Assembly: GCA_021822495.1 (NCBI GenBank)
Contig: JAKAQO010000005.1
Location: 42,548 to 106,547 of the forward strand
Origin: a bacterium
GTDB taxonomy: Bacteria > Elusimicrobiota > Elusimicrobia > UBA1565 > UBA9628
DNA: 64,000 bases
Direction: 5' to 3'
The translations under genes and the position numbers were made by a program. The notes below the pieces were generated by a model. The model was given only the letters and a program-made list of their open reading frames with translations, had not been told where the DNA came from and searched no databases. This document shows, piece by piece, positions 17,018 to 27,340 of this stretch (within the stretch, counting starts at the first letter, position 1; each line of letters begins with the position of its first letter).

Positions 17018-18072
17018 CTCAAACGACGATAGAGTTCGACAACTTGAGGAACGACTTTGTCCCAAGAAAACATTTCCATGGCGCGGGCGCGCGCTTTATA
17101 TCCTCGAACAACGCATTGTTCCTTGAAATTCCGATCTCTTAATATGTCTATGGCTTCCTCGATATTTTCATAAAGCCAACCAGCGTCTCCAACATAAAAT
17201 GAAGGCCCCTCTCCGCCATTTGTGACGACTGGAAGACCGCAGGCCATCGCTTCTAAAACAGCGGTGTTCGCCGCTCCATCCAGGAGAGGGAGAAAGAGGG
17301 CGTCTGAACCCTGAAGAAGATCAAGATATTCCTCATAAGAAAGTCTCGGCAGGATTCGGCAATGAGGATACGCTGAAAACCGGCGCGTCTCATCTTTTGG
17401 TCCCAAGATTAAAAACTCCATGACCTTTTTTTTATCCTCATTCGCCTTGACCGCCCTTTCTAATGCGGCAAAATCGCGCAAATAGGAACCTACAACGGCC
17501 AACCTTAGGATCCCCGGATTTTTTAATCGAGAATTTTTCGCCGGAAAAAAGGCCTCCGTATTAATTCCTGATGGAATAAGCGCAACATCCTTAATTTCTA
17601 GACGTAAATAAGCCGCTTCATCAGGGGTTAAAGCGATCGCGGCGCGCACGTGTTTCATGGCTTCCTTGTTCAAAAGGTATTTTTCGCGATCCCGCAGGGT
17701 AGCATGAAATGTGCAGACGATGTTTGGATGCCGAAAAAAGGAAAAAGAATTTTCCGCGCTTAGAAAATGAACGATTGAATTTTTCTTAACAATCGAGGAT
17801 AATCTTCTTTCGTCTAAAAACATGCTCGCTCCGTAGTAAGATGAAAGTCTTTTCCTCCAGAGACCAGTAGATTGCAGCCAGAAGCGGCCCATAAGGCGCG
17901 CAAGCACGGAATGAGGTTGAGGTTCCACGATGCGCGCGCCAAGAAATCTTAATCGTTCCGCCAAAACATCATAGCCGGAATTCTCGGAATGATTTTTCCA
18001 ACCTCCAGGGATGCAGATGACATTCTCGCGCAACCACTCTTCAACGGCGGCATGTCCGCTTGTCATAATCAA
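17014..18072 (-). CDS. Glycosyltransferase family 4
   Basis: VLEAMACGLPVVTNGGEGPSFYVGD matches the GT4 pattern. Confidence 0.65.
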   Translation of the reverse strand: MIMTSGHAAVEEWLRENVICIPGGWKNHSENSGYDVLAERLRFLGARIVEPQPHSVLARLMGRFWLQSTGLWRKRLSSYYGASMFLDERRLSSIVKKNSIVHFLSAENSFSFFRHPNIVCTFHATLRDREKYLLNKEAMKHVRAAIALTPDEAAYLRLEIKDVALIPSGINTEAFFPAKNSRLKNPGILRLAVVGSYLRDFAALERAVKANEDKKKVMEFLILGPKDETRRFSAYPHCRILPRLSYEEYLDLLQGSDALFLPLLDGAANTAVLEAMACGLPVVTNGGEGPSFYVGDAGWLYENIEEAIDILRDRNFKEQCVVRGYKARARAMEMFSWDKVVPQVVELYRRLS

Positions 18073-18100
18073 TTAGACTCGATCTTTAAAGGAGGTCTAT

Positions 18101-18772
18101 TTATTCCTTTCTTGCGATGAGCGCAATATTGTCAGCGAAATCACAACCCAGAACGCGCGTAATAAAAAAAGCCCTGAAGATATATCCAAACAAGGAAATC
18201 GGGTTTCTGGGCGAATCCCCAAAAACAACGCGGTAGCCTTCAACCTTCATATTGAGCGTCGTCAAATAAGCCCATAAATCAGAAATATTATAGCAGTGCA
18301 CATGCGTCATATCCCACGATAATGGATTTCGTACGCACCGCGCATTCGGGGTTTGAATGACAAGGATGCCGCCAGGCAACAAGATATCTCTGAGGCGAGT
18401 CATGAGATTGAGTCCTTCTTCGAGAGGCAAGTGTTCAATAACGTCAAGACACAAAACGGCGCCATAAGGGCGCCTAACTTCCGATAGCTCGGTATAATCG
18501 TATTCATGCTCTTTACCGATGTCTAAAGTGTGATAAACGCCGGCATAACCCGCTTTCTTTAACTTATAGAACATCCGAAAATTTCCAGCGCCAAAATCAA
18601 GCAAAGATTCCGATTTGCGTATTGCGTCAAAATATATATTTTCGATTTCGCTGAGCCCCTCTGTTGCCCACCAACGGCGCGTGGGAAAACGCGGAACATT
18701 GCCTGATAAAATCTCCTTGCGTCGCCAAAAGCTCAAATAACCGAGCTTGTTTTTCACGCCGTCTTTTTGCAT
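18101..18772 (-). CDS. Class I SAM-dependent methyltransferase
   Basis: LDFGAGNF and VLCLDVIEHLP are the expected motifs. Starting at the internal Met abuts the stop of the upstream response regulator; the longest ORF would start at 18844. Confidence 0.5.
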   Translation of the reverse strand: MQKDGVKNKLGYLSFWRRKEILSGNVPRFPTRRWWATEGLSEIENIYFDAIRKSESLLDFGAGNFRMFYKLKKAGYAGVYHTLDIGKEHEYDYTELSEVRRPYGAVLCLDVIEHLPLEEGLNLMTRLRDILLPGGILVIQTPNARCVRNPLSWDMTHVHCYNISDLWAYLTTLNMKVEGYRVVFGDSPRNPISLFGYIFRAFFITRVLGCDFADNIALIARKE

Positions 18773-18773
18773 C

Positions 18774-19490
18774 TCATATTCCGCGCGGAGACTTCCCAAG
18801 AGAAGCATCCGCTTGCGGCGCCGGAGCCAAGAGGCCGAGTTCAATGCCCTTGACTACGGCTTCCGTGCGGTTGGTCACGCGCAATTTCTGAAACATATTA
18901 TTGAGATGATTTTTAATCGTTTTAACCGCGCAGCCCATGTTCGCGGCCATCTCTTTGTTAGAAAGCCCCTGACTTAAATAAAGAAGAGCCTTGATTTCTG
19001 ATTGGGTCAGGGCCGCGGAGGAGGGACGCTTAAGCCCCTCGGAAAGTTGACGAAGGCCTTGCAAAATAATTTTAACAATTGAATGGGGAATGAAAACTCC
19101 GTCTTTGGCGAAAATTCTCAGAGCCGCCAATAGTTCGGATGCGGGAAGCATCTTTGAAAGATATCCGTTCGCCCCGGCCTGAACCGCTTCCAAAACATGC
19201 TCTTCATCTTCGTAGCTTGAAAGCATCATGACCAGCGCCTGCGGACAAGACTTTCGCACTTCCCGGGTGGCGGCGATTCCGTCCAGAAGCGGAAGCTTGA
19301 TGTCCATCAAAATAATATCGGGGTTGAGTTTTTTAGCCAGACGCACCGCTTCATGCCCATCAGAAGCCGTTCCAACGACTTGAAGGGTTTTGTCATTGGC
19401 CAAAACGTCCTCGATGCCTTCCCTAAAGAGGGTTTGATCATCCGCGATAAGAACCCGGACTCTTTTTCCAGTCTGATTTTCATTTGCCAT
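18774..19490 (-). CDS. Response regulator, NarL/FixJ family (REC + LuxR-type HTH)
   Basis: VLIADDQ and ILMDIKLP give the receiver Asp residues. The C-terminal LuxR helix is EMAANMGCAVKTIKNHLNNMFQKL. Confidence 0.75.
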   Translation of the reverse strand: MANENQTGKRVRVLIADDQTLFREGIEDVLANDKTLQVVGTASDGHEAVRLAKKLNPDIILMDIKLPLLDGIAATREVRKSCPQALVMMLSSYEDEEHVLEAVQAGANGYLSKMLPASELLAALRIFAKDGVFIPHSIVKIILQGLRQLSEGLKRPSSAALTQSEIKALLYLSQGLSNKEMAANMGCAVKTIKNHLNNMFQKLRVTNRTEAVVKGIELGLLAPAPQADASLGKSPRGI

Positions 19491-19536
19491 AACCCTAACA
19501 GGATGCCATATCCTTTTAAAAAAAACAAGGGGTGAG

Positions 19537-21714
19537 TTACGGAATGGAAATCCGGCCGCCAGAAAGGGTTAATCCAGCTGGAATAATTTTAAAGGGATGA
19601 ACGGAATCAGCTTCCAAGGGGAATTTCTCTTTCGCCCACATCTCAAGCAAAAAATGGGGTATCGGCGCCCGCCACAAGCGCAACGACTCCAACGAAACAA
19701 TTAAATCTTGCCCGCCTTGCGCCGAATCTCCTGAAATCCTTGCGCTCACTTTGGCCTGGATTGGAATTTTTCCCCACTGAGCGCTTAAATTTAAATTTTT
19801 GTCAATGGACAAACTCTTCACAGCCATATTCGGGAGGAGGCCTTGGATAAAGCCGGATAAATCAGCGGATGAGATTTGGGCCGAGGAAATGTCTGCCTCA
19901 TTCATCTTCAGAAAACGAAAATCCCCGTTCCATTTTTCTTTCTCATTGAGGACTGGAATGAGAGAAAGGTCTTTCATCTCGATTCTCAAATTCGAAACAG
20001 CAACCCCCTTGACGCGAATGAGCGCGGCCGAAAGTTCCGCATGAGGATAAGAAGCGCTTTGAAAGTCCCAATCTCCTAAGTTCAGCGTCACATCTTCAGC
20101 TTCCGCGTTCTTGGTGGAATAAAGTTGAAAGTGAATCTTTTTTTCGCGAAAAGGCGGCGCTTTGAGCTGCTTTTGCTTAAACAAAATAGCCAGGCTGTCA
20201 TCTGGAAGCCGCCACTGAGCGGCCTGTTCATAATTTAAGAGAAACCAGCCGTCCGGATCAAAAACAGTTTTTCGCGCGTCTTTAAGCCCGCCAGACGCAG
20301 GCCCTAAATGTCCATTCTTAAGCAAAAGAAATTCCGAGAATTCGCATAATCTTTTTTGAGGGAGAACGACGCTCATCTGTTTAAGCCCCAAAACGTCTTT
20401 CATCCATTTCAGATTAAACTCGTTAAAATAAGCGGCATTGGAAACGAGGGTTATGGGGTTGATAATTCGTTTTGAATCTGAAAGCTGGGCGGCGGTTTCC
20501 AAGACGCTTTTGAGATACCAGCGCTGATTAAGCGGCGGGTTCTGGGGAAAAAGAGAAATTTCGTGGATTGGGGTCGGAATATCCAAGGGCGAGACCCAAT
20601 GCGTATTAAAATTGGCGATGGTCAGAATTTGAAACCCGGCGGCAAGCCATAAAACCGTATTGGGCCAAGCGGATACCGCGGCAACCACAAGGCCTGAAAG
20701 CCCTGGAAGCAAAAACCCCAATTCTTTATCAGGAACGAGCGTCCAGAAAATATAGGAAGAAACGACCATCGCTAAAATCACCCAGCCCCAATCCCGGTGG
20801 CGCTTATATTGCGCCGTTAAAATTCCTGCCAGTCCCAAGGCCCAAACCAGAGGGCCCAAGCCGTCCATCATTTTAAAAAGATAAGCGATGACCCCGCCGT
20901 TTAGAAAAGGAATCGCTAAAGAATGAGCGGCTTCAAAAAAGCCAGATATGACAAACGGAAAATGGTAGAGATACCAAGGCGAAAAAAAGAGAAGAGACAG
21001 CGCCATGGCGGAGGTAATTTTCCAGCGCTTATTTGGGAATTTAAGATTCCCCGCAGCCGCCACAAGAATGGGGATGAAATAAGAAAAAAAGCTTTCCTTC
21101 ATCAACATCCCGGCGGCAAAGAGAACGCCGAAAAGAAGGCTTCCAACCCATTTTGAAAAACCCTCCGAAACCAGAAACGCCCATAACGCCGCCGCGGCCA
21201 AAGCCGACACCGGCAAGTCCCAAACCCGGGTTGTCATCATTCTCCAAATAACAGGAGAAGCGCAAAAAGAAACGACGGCCAAAACCGCGGTATAATCTGG
21301 CCTAAAAAAATAGGAGGAAGCAAAAATTGAAAGGCACAAGAGGATAAAGTAAGCGTAATTGACCCACAAGGCCGCCTGCGCGGGATGGGCGCCAGAACAA
21401 GCGAAAATCAAGCTGAGAGGATAAAGCGGGGGAGTTTCGCCGCCCGCAGATGGAGACAAGGAAATAACTTTTTTAAGGCTGAGATTTCCGTTCTGATAGT
21501 CCCGCCAGTAGTTCCAGGCAAAGTCCAGCTGCCGCGATTCAGTCCAAGAGGGGGGAAGCGAGTCTTCGGCGATAAAAGACTTAAGAAGAAGGCCCTCCCA
21601 AAAAATAAAGGCGAAAAGCCCGGCAAGGCTCAGGCCCAGCATTAGAATTTTTTTGTTGCGGGCTTTCTTAAGGGCGACTAAGTCTTCCTCATACCCGGCT
21701 ATTGAGTTGGACAT
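19537..21714 (-). CDS. Polytopic membrane glycosyltransferase (GT39/GT83 ArnT/PMT_2-like) with a C-terminal soluble domain
   Basis: About 11 N-terminal TM helices in a PMT_2-like arrangement, followed by a roughly 330-aa soluble C-terminal region. Confidence 0.4.
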   Translation of the reverse strand: MSNSIAGYEEDLVALKKARNKKILMLGLSLAGLFAFIFWEGLLLKSFIAEDSLPPSWTESRQLDFAWNYWRDYQNGNLSLKKVISLSPSAGGETPPLYPLSLIFACSGAHPAQAALWVNYAYFILLCLSIFASSYFFRPDYTAVLAVVSFCASPVIWRMMTTRVWDLPVSALAAAALWAFLVSEGFSKWVGSLLFGVLFAAGMLMKESFFSYFIPILVAAAGNLKFPNKRWKITSAMALSLLFFSPWYLYHFPFVISGFFEAAHSLAIPFLNGGVIAYLFKMMDGLGPLVWALGLAGILTAQYKRHRDWGWVILAMVVSSYIFWTLVPDKELGFLLPGLSGLVVAAVSAWPNTVLWLAAGFQILTIANFNTHWVSPLDIPTPIHEISLFPQNPPLNQRWYLKSVLETAAQLSDSKRIINPITLVSNAAYFNEFNLKWMKDVLGLKQMSVVLPQKRLCEFSEFLLLKNGHLGPASGGLKDARKTVFDPDGWFLLNYEQAAQWRLPDDSLAILFKQKQLKAPPFREKKIHFQLYSTKNAEAEDVTLNLGDWDFQSASYPHAELSAALIRVKGVAVSNLRIEMKDLSLIPVLNEKEKWNGDFRFLKMNEADISSAQISSADLSGFIQGLLPNMAVKSLSIDKNLNLSAQWGKIPIQAKVSARISGDSAQGGQDLIVSLESLRLWRAPIPHFLLEMWAKEKFPLEADSVHPFKIIPAGLTLSGGRISIP

Positions 21715-21792
21715 GGATAAAAGTATACCAATCTTTTTTTAAAAATTTTTGTAGAATGAACCCAGTGGATCATAAATTAAGGGGTTTAAATC

Positions 21793-23202
21793 ATGGAAAA
21801 AGTCTTTGAGATTAGATTTGGCACCGATGGTTGGAGAGGCGTTATCGCAAGAGAATTCACCTTTCAGAATGTGCGCCGCGTTTCCCAGGCGATGGCGCAA
21901 TATATGAAGGAAGAAGCCCAAAAGGACAAAAAATCCGTGCCGCCCATTATCATTGGGTACGACCGCAGGTTCCAGTCGGAAATTTTCGCCAAGGAAGCGG
22001 CGAAAGTCTTTGCTGGCAATAAAATTAAAACCATTCTCTCTTCCGAGGTTCTGACGACTCCGGCCGTGAGTTTCTTGACTCACAAGCTCAAATCTTGGGG
22101 CATGGTCATTACCGCCAGCCATAACCCGCCGAATTACAACGGAATTAAAATCAAGCATGACGGCCGCGGGGCGATGGAAACCATTACCCGGTCGGTCGAA
22201 GAATACATCGACAAGGATTCTCCAGCTTATGGAACTGACTTTGAAGAGAAATCTTTTAAAAAAGAATATTTGGCCTATCTTAAATCCCGCGTTAATTTAG
22301 CCAAGATAAAAAAAATTAAAAAGCCCATCGTCATTGATTATATGCACGGAGCGGCAGGGGGGCTTCTGGAAGAGATTTTATCTGGAAACAAAATCATATC
22401 CCTCCGCAGCCAAAGAGACCCGCTTTTTGGCGGGCAAGCCCCGGAACCGGTTGAAAGCCATCTCAAAGAATTGTCGGAAACTGTCGTTTCCCAAAAAGCT
22501 GTTTTAGGGATCGCCGTGGACGGAGACGCGGACCGCTTCGCTCTCGTTGACGACAAGGGAAAATATTTGACTCCGTGTCAGATATTTCCGCTGATCATTC
22601 GCTATTTAGTGGAGAAAAAAAAGATTAAGGGAAAAATCGTTCAATCGGTCTCCATGGGATATTTGGCCGAGCGCATGGCCAAAGATTACGGCGTTGAGTT
22701 TGAGGAATTGCCGGTCGGCTTTAAGCATGTCGCGGAAGCTCTAGCCGTCGGCGGCGCCGCGATCGGAGGCGAGGAATCCGGGGGATATTCCTGGACCAAG
22801 ACCATCGCGGAAAGAGACGGACTTTTGACCGCTCTCCTTTTTCTTGAGATGATCGCAACCGAAAACAAATCCATTTCTCAAATGTGGAATGAAATTTCGG
22901 CGAAACACGGAAAATCTTTCTTTAAACGGGTTGATTTTCACCTTCACAAACCCGTGGCGGACAAAAATCTTTTTGTTTCCCGCTTAATTAAAAAATTGCC
23001 AAAAAAGATATTAGGGTCTGAAATTAAGAACTTAATCCAGATTGACGGGCTTAAGATTTCCCTGGATGGGGGGCACTGGCTTCTCATGCGCCCTTCTGGG
23101 ACGGAATCCTTAATGCGGGTTTACGCGGAATCAGATTCTGCCGAGCGCACGCAATCTCTCTTGGAATTGGCCAAAAAATGGGTCGCCCCCAATCTGAACT
23201 AA
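21793..23202 (+). CDS. Phosphoglucomutase/phosphomannomutase (alpha-D-phosphohexomutase)
   Basis: GTDGWRG, the active-site Ser loop TASHNPPNYNGIK, the metal site DGDADR and GEESGG are all present. Confidence 0.8.
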   Translation: MEKVFEIRFGTDGWRGVIAREFTFQNVRRVSQAMAQYMKEEAQKDKKSVPPIIIGYDRRFQSEIFAKEAAKVFAGNKIKTILSSEVLTTPAVSFLTHKLKSWGMVITASHNPPNYNGIKIKHDGRGAMETITRSVEEYIDKDSPAYGTDFEEKSFKKEYLAYLKSRVNLAKIKKIKKPIVIDYMHGAAGGLLEEILSGNKIISLRSQRDPLFGGQAPEPVESHLKELSETVVSQKAVLGIAVDGDADRFALVDDKGKYLTPCQIFPLIIRYLVEKKKIKGKIVQSVSMGYLAERMAKDYGVEFEELPVGFKHVAEALAVGGAAIGGEESGGYSWTKTIAERDGLLTALLFLEMIATENKSISQMWNEISAKHGKSFFKRVDFHLHKPVADKNLFVSRLIKKLPKKILGSEIKNLIQIDGLKISLDGGHWLLMRPSGTESLMRVYAESDSAERTQSLLELAKKWVAPNLN

Positions 23203-23252
23203 AAAAGGGGACAGTCCCTTTTTTTGAGGGAAAAGGGGACTGTCCCCTTTTG
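23201..23252. repeat. REP inverted doublet (REPIN-like); cores 23207-23218 and 23235-23247
   Basis: GGGGACAGTCCC, an 18-bp spacer, then GGGGACTGTCCCC. The doublet follows the TAA of the phosphohexomutase. Confidence 0.6.
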
Positions 23253-23257
23253 TTTTT

Positions 23258-24295
23258 ATGAAAGCCATGCTTCTGGCCGCGGGCGCGGGAACGCGGCTTC
23301 GGCCGCTCACCTATCAAATCCCCAAGCCCCTTATTCCCGTCGTCAACCGCCCGGTCATTCATTTTGTTCTGGACAATTTAGCCCGCCATGGGATTAAAGA
23401 AATCATGATTAACCTGTTCGCCCACGCCGATCAAATTCGCTCTTATTGCGGAGACGGATCCAAGTGGGGGCTTAAACTTCAATACTCGCAAGAGCCGACT
23501 CTTCTGGGAACCGCCGGCGGAGTTAAAAGAGTGGAATCCTTTTTCAAAGGCGCGCCCTTTTTAATCATGTCGGGGGACGGCCTTTCCGATATTGATTTAT
23601 CCGCCATGATCGCTTTTCATAAAAAAAAGCGCGCGATGGGAACGATTGCGGTCAAAAAGGTCGACTCCCGTTTTGAATACGGAATCACGCTTCTTAAACC
23701 TTCCGGGCGCATCACGCAGTTCGTCGAAAAACCTTCCTGGGGGGAAATTTTCTCCAATACCGCCAATACCGGAATTTATCTCTTTGAGCCGGAGGTTTTG
23801 AAATATATCCCTAAGGGAAAACCTTATGATTTCGGGCATGAGCTTTGGCCCAAACTTTTGAAACTTAAAAAGCCCATCTTCGCCTATCCCCTCAAATCCT
23901 ATTGGACCGACGTCGGAAATCTCGCGGAATACCGCAAAAGCCAAATTGACTGTTTGGACGGAAAAGTCAATATCGCTCTTCCCGGACGGCAAATTTCCAA
24001 GGGAATCTGGATTGAGGAACCGGTCTCTATTTCTCACGACGCGGTTTTAAAAGCGCCTTGCCTTATCGGCAAAAACGTCCAAATTGCCGCCTTCGCGGAA
24101 ATCGGCCCCTACAGCGTGATTGGAGCCGACTCAAAAATATCCTCGCGCGCCGTGCTTAAAAATTGTATGCTTTTTGATAACGTGATCGTGGAAAAAGAAG
24201 CTCATTTATCCAACTGCATTCTAGGCCCTAAAAGCGTGGTCAAGGAAAGCATTACCGCTTATGAAGCCGCTGTTCTCAATATGCCGCAACAATAG
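23258..24295 (+). CDS. Sugar-1-phosphate nucleotidyltransferase (mannose-1-P guanylyltransferase-like) with a C-terminal hexapeptide beta-helix
   Basis: LLAAGAGTRLRPLT is the NTP_transferase signature. Confidence 0.65.
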   Translation: MKAMLLAAGAGTRLRPLTYQIPKPLIPVVNRPVIHFVLDNLARHGIKEIMINLFAHADQIRSYCGDGSKWGLKLQYSQEPTLLGTAGGVKRVESFFKGAPFLIMSGDGLSDIDLSAMIAFHKKKRAMGTIAVKKVDSRFEYGITLLKPSGRITQFVEKPSWGEIFSNTANTGIYLFEPEVLKYIPKGKPYDFGHELWPKLLKLKKPIFAYPLKSYWTDVGNLAEYRKSQIDCLDGKVNIALPGRQISKGIWIEEPVSISHDAVLKAPCLIGKNVQIAAFAEIGPYSVIGADSKISSRAVLKNCMLFDNVIVEKEAHLSNCILGPKSVVKESITAYEAAVLNMPQQ

Positions 24296-24304
24296 GAGAA
24301 AATC

Positions 24305-25516
24305 ATGGAACGAAAGGGAAGACATTTTTTCACCTCGGAATCAGTCACCGAAGGCCATCCGGACAAAGTTTGCGATCAGATTTCCGACGCCGTTTTAGAC
24401 GCCGTCCTTAAAGAAGATCCCATGGGGCGCGTCGCCTGCGAGACCTTTGTGACGAGGGGAATGGTGATTGTCGGCGGAGAAATCACGACTAAAAGCTATA
24501 TTGACATTGATGAACTGGCCCGCAAGGTTATTCGCGGAATTGGCTACGATCATCCCAAATACGGCTTTGACGCCACTTCCTGCGCGGTCTTAAACGCCAT
24601 CGGAAGGCAATCCCCCGACATCGCCCAAGGAGTGGACACCGGCGGCGCCGGAGACCAGGGCCTCATGTTTGGATATGCCTGCCGGGAAACGCCGGAACTG
24701 ATGCCGCTTCCCATCATGCTCGCCCACAAACTCATTCGCCGCCTTTCCATGGCCCGCCGGGAAAATATTTTGCCCTATCTCGGGCCCGACGGCAAAAGCC
24801 AGGTCACGGTTGAGTATCTGGACGGACGCCCCTTGCGTGTCGACACGGTCGTTTTGTCCACTCAACACACGGAAGAAATTTTAGACAAAACCGGAAAACA
24901 AATTACGGCGAAAGCCAAGGAAGAAATCATTAACGCCGTCATTCGCCCGGTTTTGGGAAAACGCCTTTTGGATGAAAAGACGCGCTTTTTCGTCAACCCC
25001 ACCGGAAAATTTGTGGTCGGCGGCCCGGCCTCGGACACCGGAGTGACGGGGCGGAAAATTATCGTTGACACCTACGGTGGATACGCTCCGCACGGCGGGG
25101 GGGCCTTCTCCGGAAAAGATCCGACGAAAGTGGACCGCTCGGCTTGCTACATGGCCCGCTATATCGCCAAAAACGTGGTCGCGGCGGGTCTTGCCGAAAG
25201 ATGCACGGTGCAGTTGGCTTACGCGATCGGGGTCGCTGAACCGGTGGGTGTTTATTTTGACACTCATGGAACCGGGGTTTGCGAGGAGTCAAAAATCGAA
25301 GCGGCGGTTCGCAAACATTTCTCCTTGACTCCGAAGGGGATTATCCAAACCCTGAAACTTCGGCGCCCCATTTATCAAAAAACGGCGGCCTACGGGCATT
25401 TTGGACGCGAGGAAGAAGGCTTTGATTGGGAAAAAACCGACCGGGCGGAAAACCTCAAGGCCGAGGTCGTTGGGCGTTCAAGCGCAAGGCCCAAACGCTC
25501 GGCTGTTTTGGCTTAA
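24305..25516 (+). CDS. metK: S-adenosylmethionine synthetase
   Basis: [16 protein letters not shown] and [17 protein letters not shown] are the MetK signatures. AGGAG lies 8 nt upstream. Confidence 0.9.
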   Translation: MERKGRHFFTSESVTEGHPDKVCDQISDAVLDAVLKEDPMGRVACETFVTRGMVIVGGEITTKSYIDIDELARKVIRGIGYDHPKYGFDATSCAVLNAIGRQSPDIAQGVDTGGAGDQGLMFGYACRETPELMPLPIMLAHKLIRRLSMARRENILPYLGPDGKSQVTVEYLDGRPLRVDTVVLSTQHTEEILDKTGKQITAKAKEEIINAVIRPVLGKRLLDEKTRFFVNPTGKFVVGGPASDTGVTGRKIIVDTYGGYAPHGGGAFSGKDPTKVDRSACYMARYIAKNVVAAGLAERCTVQLAYAIGVAEPVGVYFDTHGTGVCEESKIEAAVRKHFSLTPKGIIQTLKLRRPIYQKTAAYGHFGREEEGFDWEKTDRAENLKAEVVGRSSARPKRSAVLA

Positions 25517-25522
25517 GAGATT

Positions 25523-26284
25523 GTGAACAAAACAATCAAGAATGCCCCAGAAGCCTTATCCGGCCTTTTTGATGGGGCCACGATCATGATCGGCGGGTTT
25601 GGTTTATGCGGGCTTCCAGAAAAAATGCTGGAAGAAATTCAAAACATCAGCGCTAAAAATCTCACCATCATTTCCAACAACGCGGGAACCGACAACTACG
25701 GAATTGGGCTTCTCATCAAAAAAGGCCGGGTCAAAAAAATGATCATGTCTTACGGCGGAGAATGCAAGGCTTTTGAGGAAGCGGCTCTCAAGGGCTTAAT
25801 TGAAGTTGAGTGGACGCCGCAAGGGACCTTGGCCGAGAGAATCCGCGCGGCGGGGGCCGGAATCGGCGGTTTTTTTACGCCTACGGGATACGGCACGGTC
25901 GTCGCCGAAAGAAAAGAGACCCGCAACATTGACGGAAAAAATTATGTCTTTGAAAAACCGCTCTTTGCTGATTTCGCCTTGATTAAAGCCTGGAAGGGGG
26001 ATACGCTCGGAAATCTCATTTACCGTAAAACCGCGCGCAACTTTAATCAGGCCATGGCCACCGCCGCGAAAACGGTCATCGCGGAAGTTGAGACCTTGGT
26101 CAAACCCGGCGATCTTGAACCCGACGCCGTTCACACGCCGGGAATTTATGTTGATAAGATTTTCCAAGGCGCAAGCTACTTAAAACCCATTGAGAAACTA
26201 ACCGTCCAAGAGCCCTCCGAAAAAGGGGACAGTCCCCTTTTTCATGAAAATGGAGGAAAAAGGGGACTGTCCCCTTTTCTATAA
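25523..26284 (+). CDS. 3-oxoacid CoA-transferase subunit A (ScoA/AtoD-like), with a repeat-encoded C-terminal extension
   Basis: GTG start. MIGGFGLCGLPE is characteristic. The ORF has no stop before 26282 and reads in frame through both REPs (tail ..KGDSPLFHENGGKRGLSPFL). Confidence 0.7.
   Translation: MNKTIKNAPEALSGLFDGATIMIGGFGLCGLPEKMLEEIQNISAKNLTIISNNAGTDNYGIGLLIKKGRVKKMIMSYGGECKAFEEAALKGLIEVEWTPQGTLAERIRAAGAGIGGFFTPTGYGTVVAERKETRNIDGKNYVFEKPLFADFALIKAWKGDTLGNLIYRKTARNFNQAMATAAKTVIAEVETLVKPGDLEPDAVHTPGIYVDKIFQGASYLKPIEKLTVQEPSEKGDSPLFHENGGKRGLSPFL
26221..26280. repeat. REP inverted doublet; cores 26225-26237 and 26262-26274
   Basis: GGGGACAGTCCCC, a 24-bp spacer, then GGGGACTGTCCCC. The doublet lies inside the 3' end of the scoA reading frame. 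Confidence 0.6.
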
Positions 26285-26941
26285 ATGGATAAACGAATCG
26301 TCATCGCCAAAGCCGCGGCCAAACTTCTTAAGGATGGAGATTACGTCAATCTCGGCATCGGAATTCCGACTCTCATTCCCAATTTTCTGCCGCAAAAGGT
26401 TCATATCGTTTTACATACTGAGAATGGAATGCTCGGCTACGGCCCTTACCCCATTCGCGGCACGGAAGACCCCGATATCATTAACGCAGGAAAAGAAACG
26501 GTAACCGAAATGGAGGGTTGTTCTTATTTCGGATCTCACGAGTCTTTCGCCATGGTCCGCGGCGGACACATTGACGCCAGCGTCCTTGGCGCGATGGAAG
26601 TCTCTGAAAAAGGGGATATCGCCAACTGGATGATTCCGGGAAAAAAGGTCAAGGGAATGGGCGGCGCCATGGACATGGTAGCCGGCGCCAAAAAAGTCAT
26701 TGTCGCGATGGAACATGTGAGCAAAGAAGGCGCGCCCAAGATTTTAAAAAATTGCCAGCTGCCTCTCACTGGAAAAGGGGTGGTTTCCGCAATCGTGACC
26801 GATCTTGCCGTTTTTGAGATTACGCCCGAAGGACTTCTCTTAAAAGCCCATCATCCGGAGACGACGATTTCTCAAATTCAGAATTTGACGGACGCGAGTT
26901 TTAAAATCGCGCCTCAACTGGACGCTTCCTTTTTTCAATGA
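26285..26941 (+). CDS. 3-oxoacid CoA-transferase subunit B (ScoB/AtoA-like)
   Basis: NLGIGIPTL and the ENG catalytic Glu context (HTENGMLG) are present. Confidence 0.75.
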   Translation: MDKRIVIAKAAAKLLKDGDYVNLGIGIPTLIPNFLPQKVHIVLHTENGMLGYGPYPIRGTEDPDIINAGKETVTEMEGCSYFGSHESFAMVRGGHIDASVLGAMEVSEKGDIANWMIPGKKVKGMGGAMDMVAGAKKVIVAMEHVSKEGAPKILKNCQLPLTGKGVVSAIVTDLAVFEITPEGLLLKAHHPETTISQIQNLTDASFKIAPQLDASFFQ

Positions 26942-27321
26942 GAAGAGCCTCTTTTTGGATGTTTGTTATTGGATCAGCAGCCCTTTTCGCCTATTTGTTT
27001 GATTTAGTTTTTCTCTCAACGCCTAAACTTTCAAGCGCGGTTCCTCGCCCGCTTTCCAAAGCCCCCGGAATCCCCATTTTTTCTCCGCTAAAAATGCCCG
27101 CCCCGCCAAATAAAAATGAGCGCAATTACACCAACGAAGAACTTTACCACAATCTCCAAAAACAGACCGTCAAAATGGGAATCCAAGATATCGTCAGCCC
27201 TAATGAAAAAAATTCCCAAAATGATTCGCTCCCGCCTTGGCTCAAGAAAGAAGACAAGGGCGTCTATTTGGAGGGGAAAACGCCTTCCCTTTTGAAGGAC
27301 AAGACCAAGAAACCTCAATAA
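26938..27321 (+). CDS. Hypothetical small secreted protein
   Basis: An N-terminal TM/signal segment is present. The ATGA start overlaps the scoB stop. No recognisable domain. Confidence 0.3.
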   Translation: MRRASFWMFVIGSAALFAYLFDLVFLSTPKLSSAVPRPLSKAPGIPIFSPLKMPAPPNKNERNYTNEELYHNLQKQTVKMGIQDIVSPNEKNSQNDSLPPWLKKEDKGVYLEGKTPSLLKDKTKKPQ

Positions 27322-27340
27322 TTGAGGGCAGTCACAAGCC

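Noticed and set aside
21739-22158. Minus-strand ORF antisense to the phosphohexomutase. Many similar antisense ORFs occur in GC/low-complexity genes, for example 4083-4483, 5439-5732 and 36153-36828.
   Set aside because: Each lies fully inside a well-supported gene on the other strand, has no RBS or domain, and is typical of spurious ORFs in GC-rich repetitive coding sequence.
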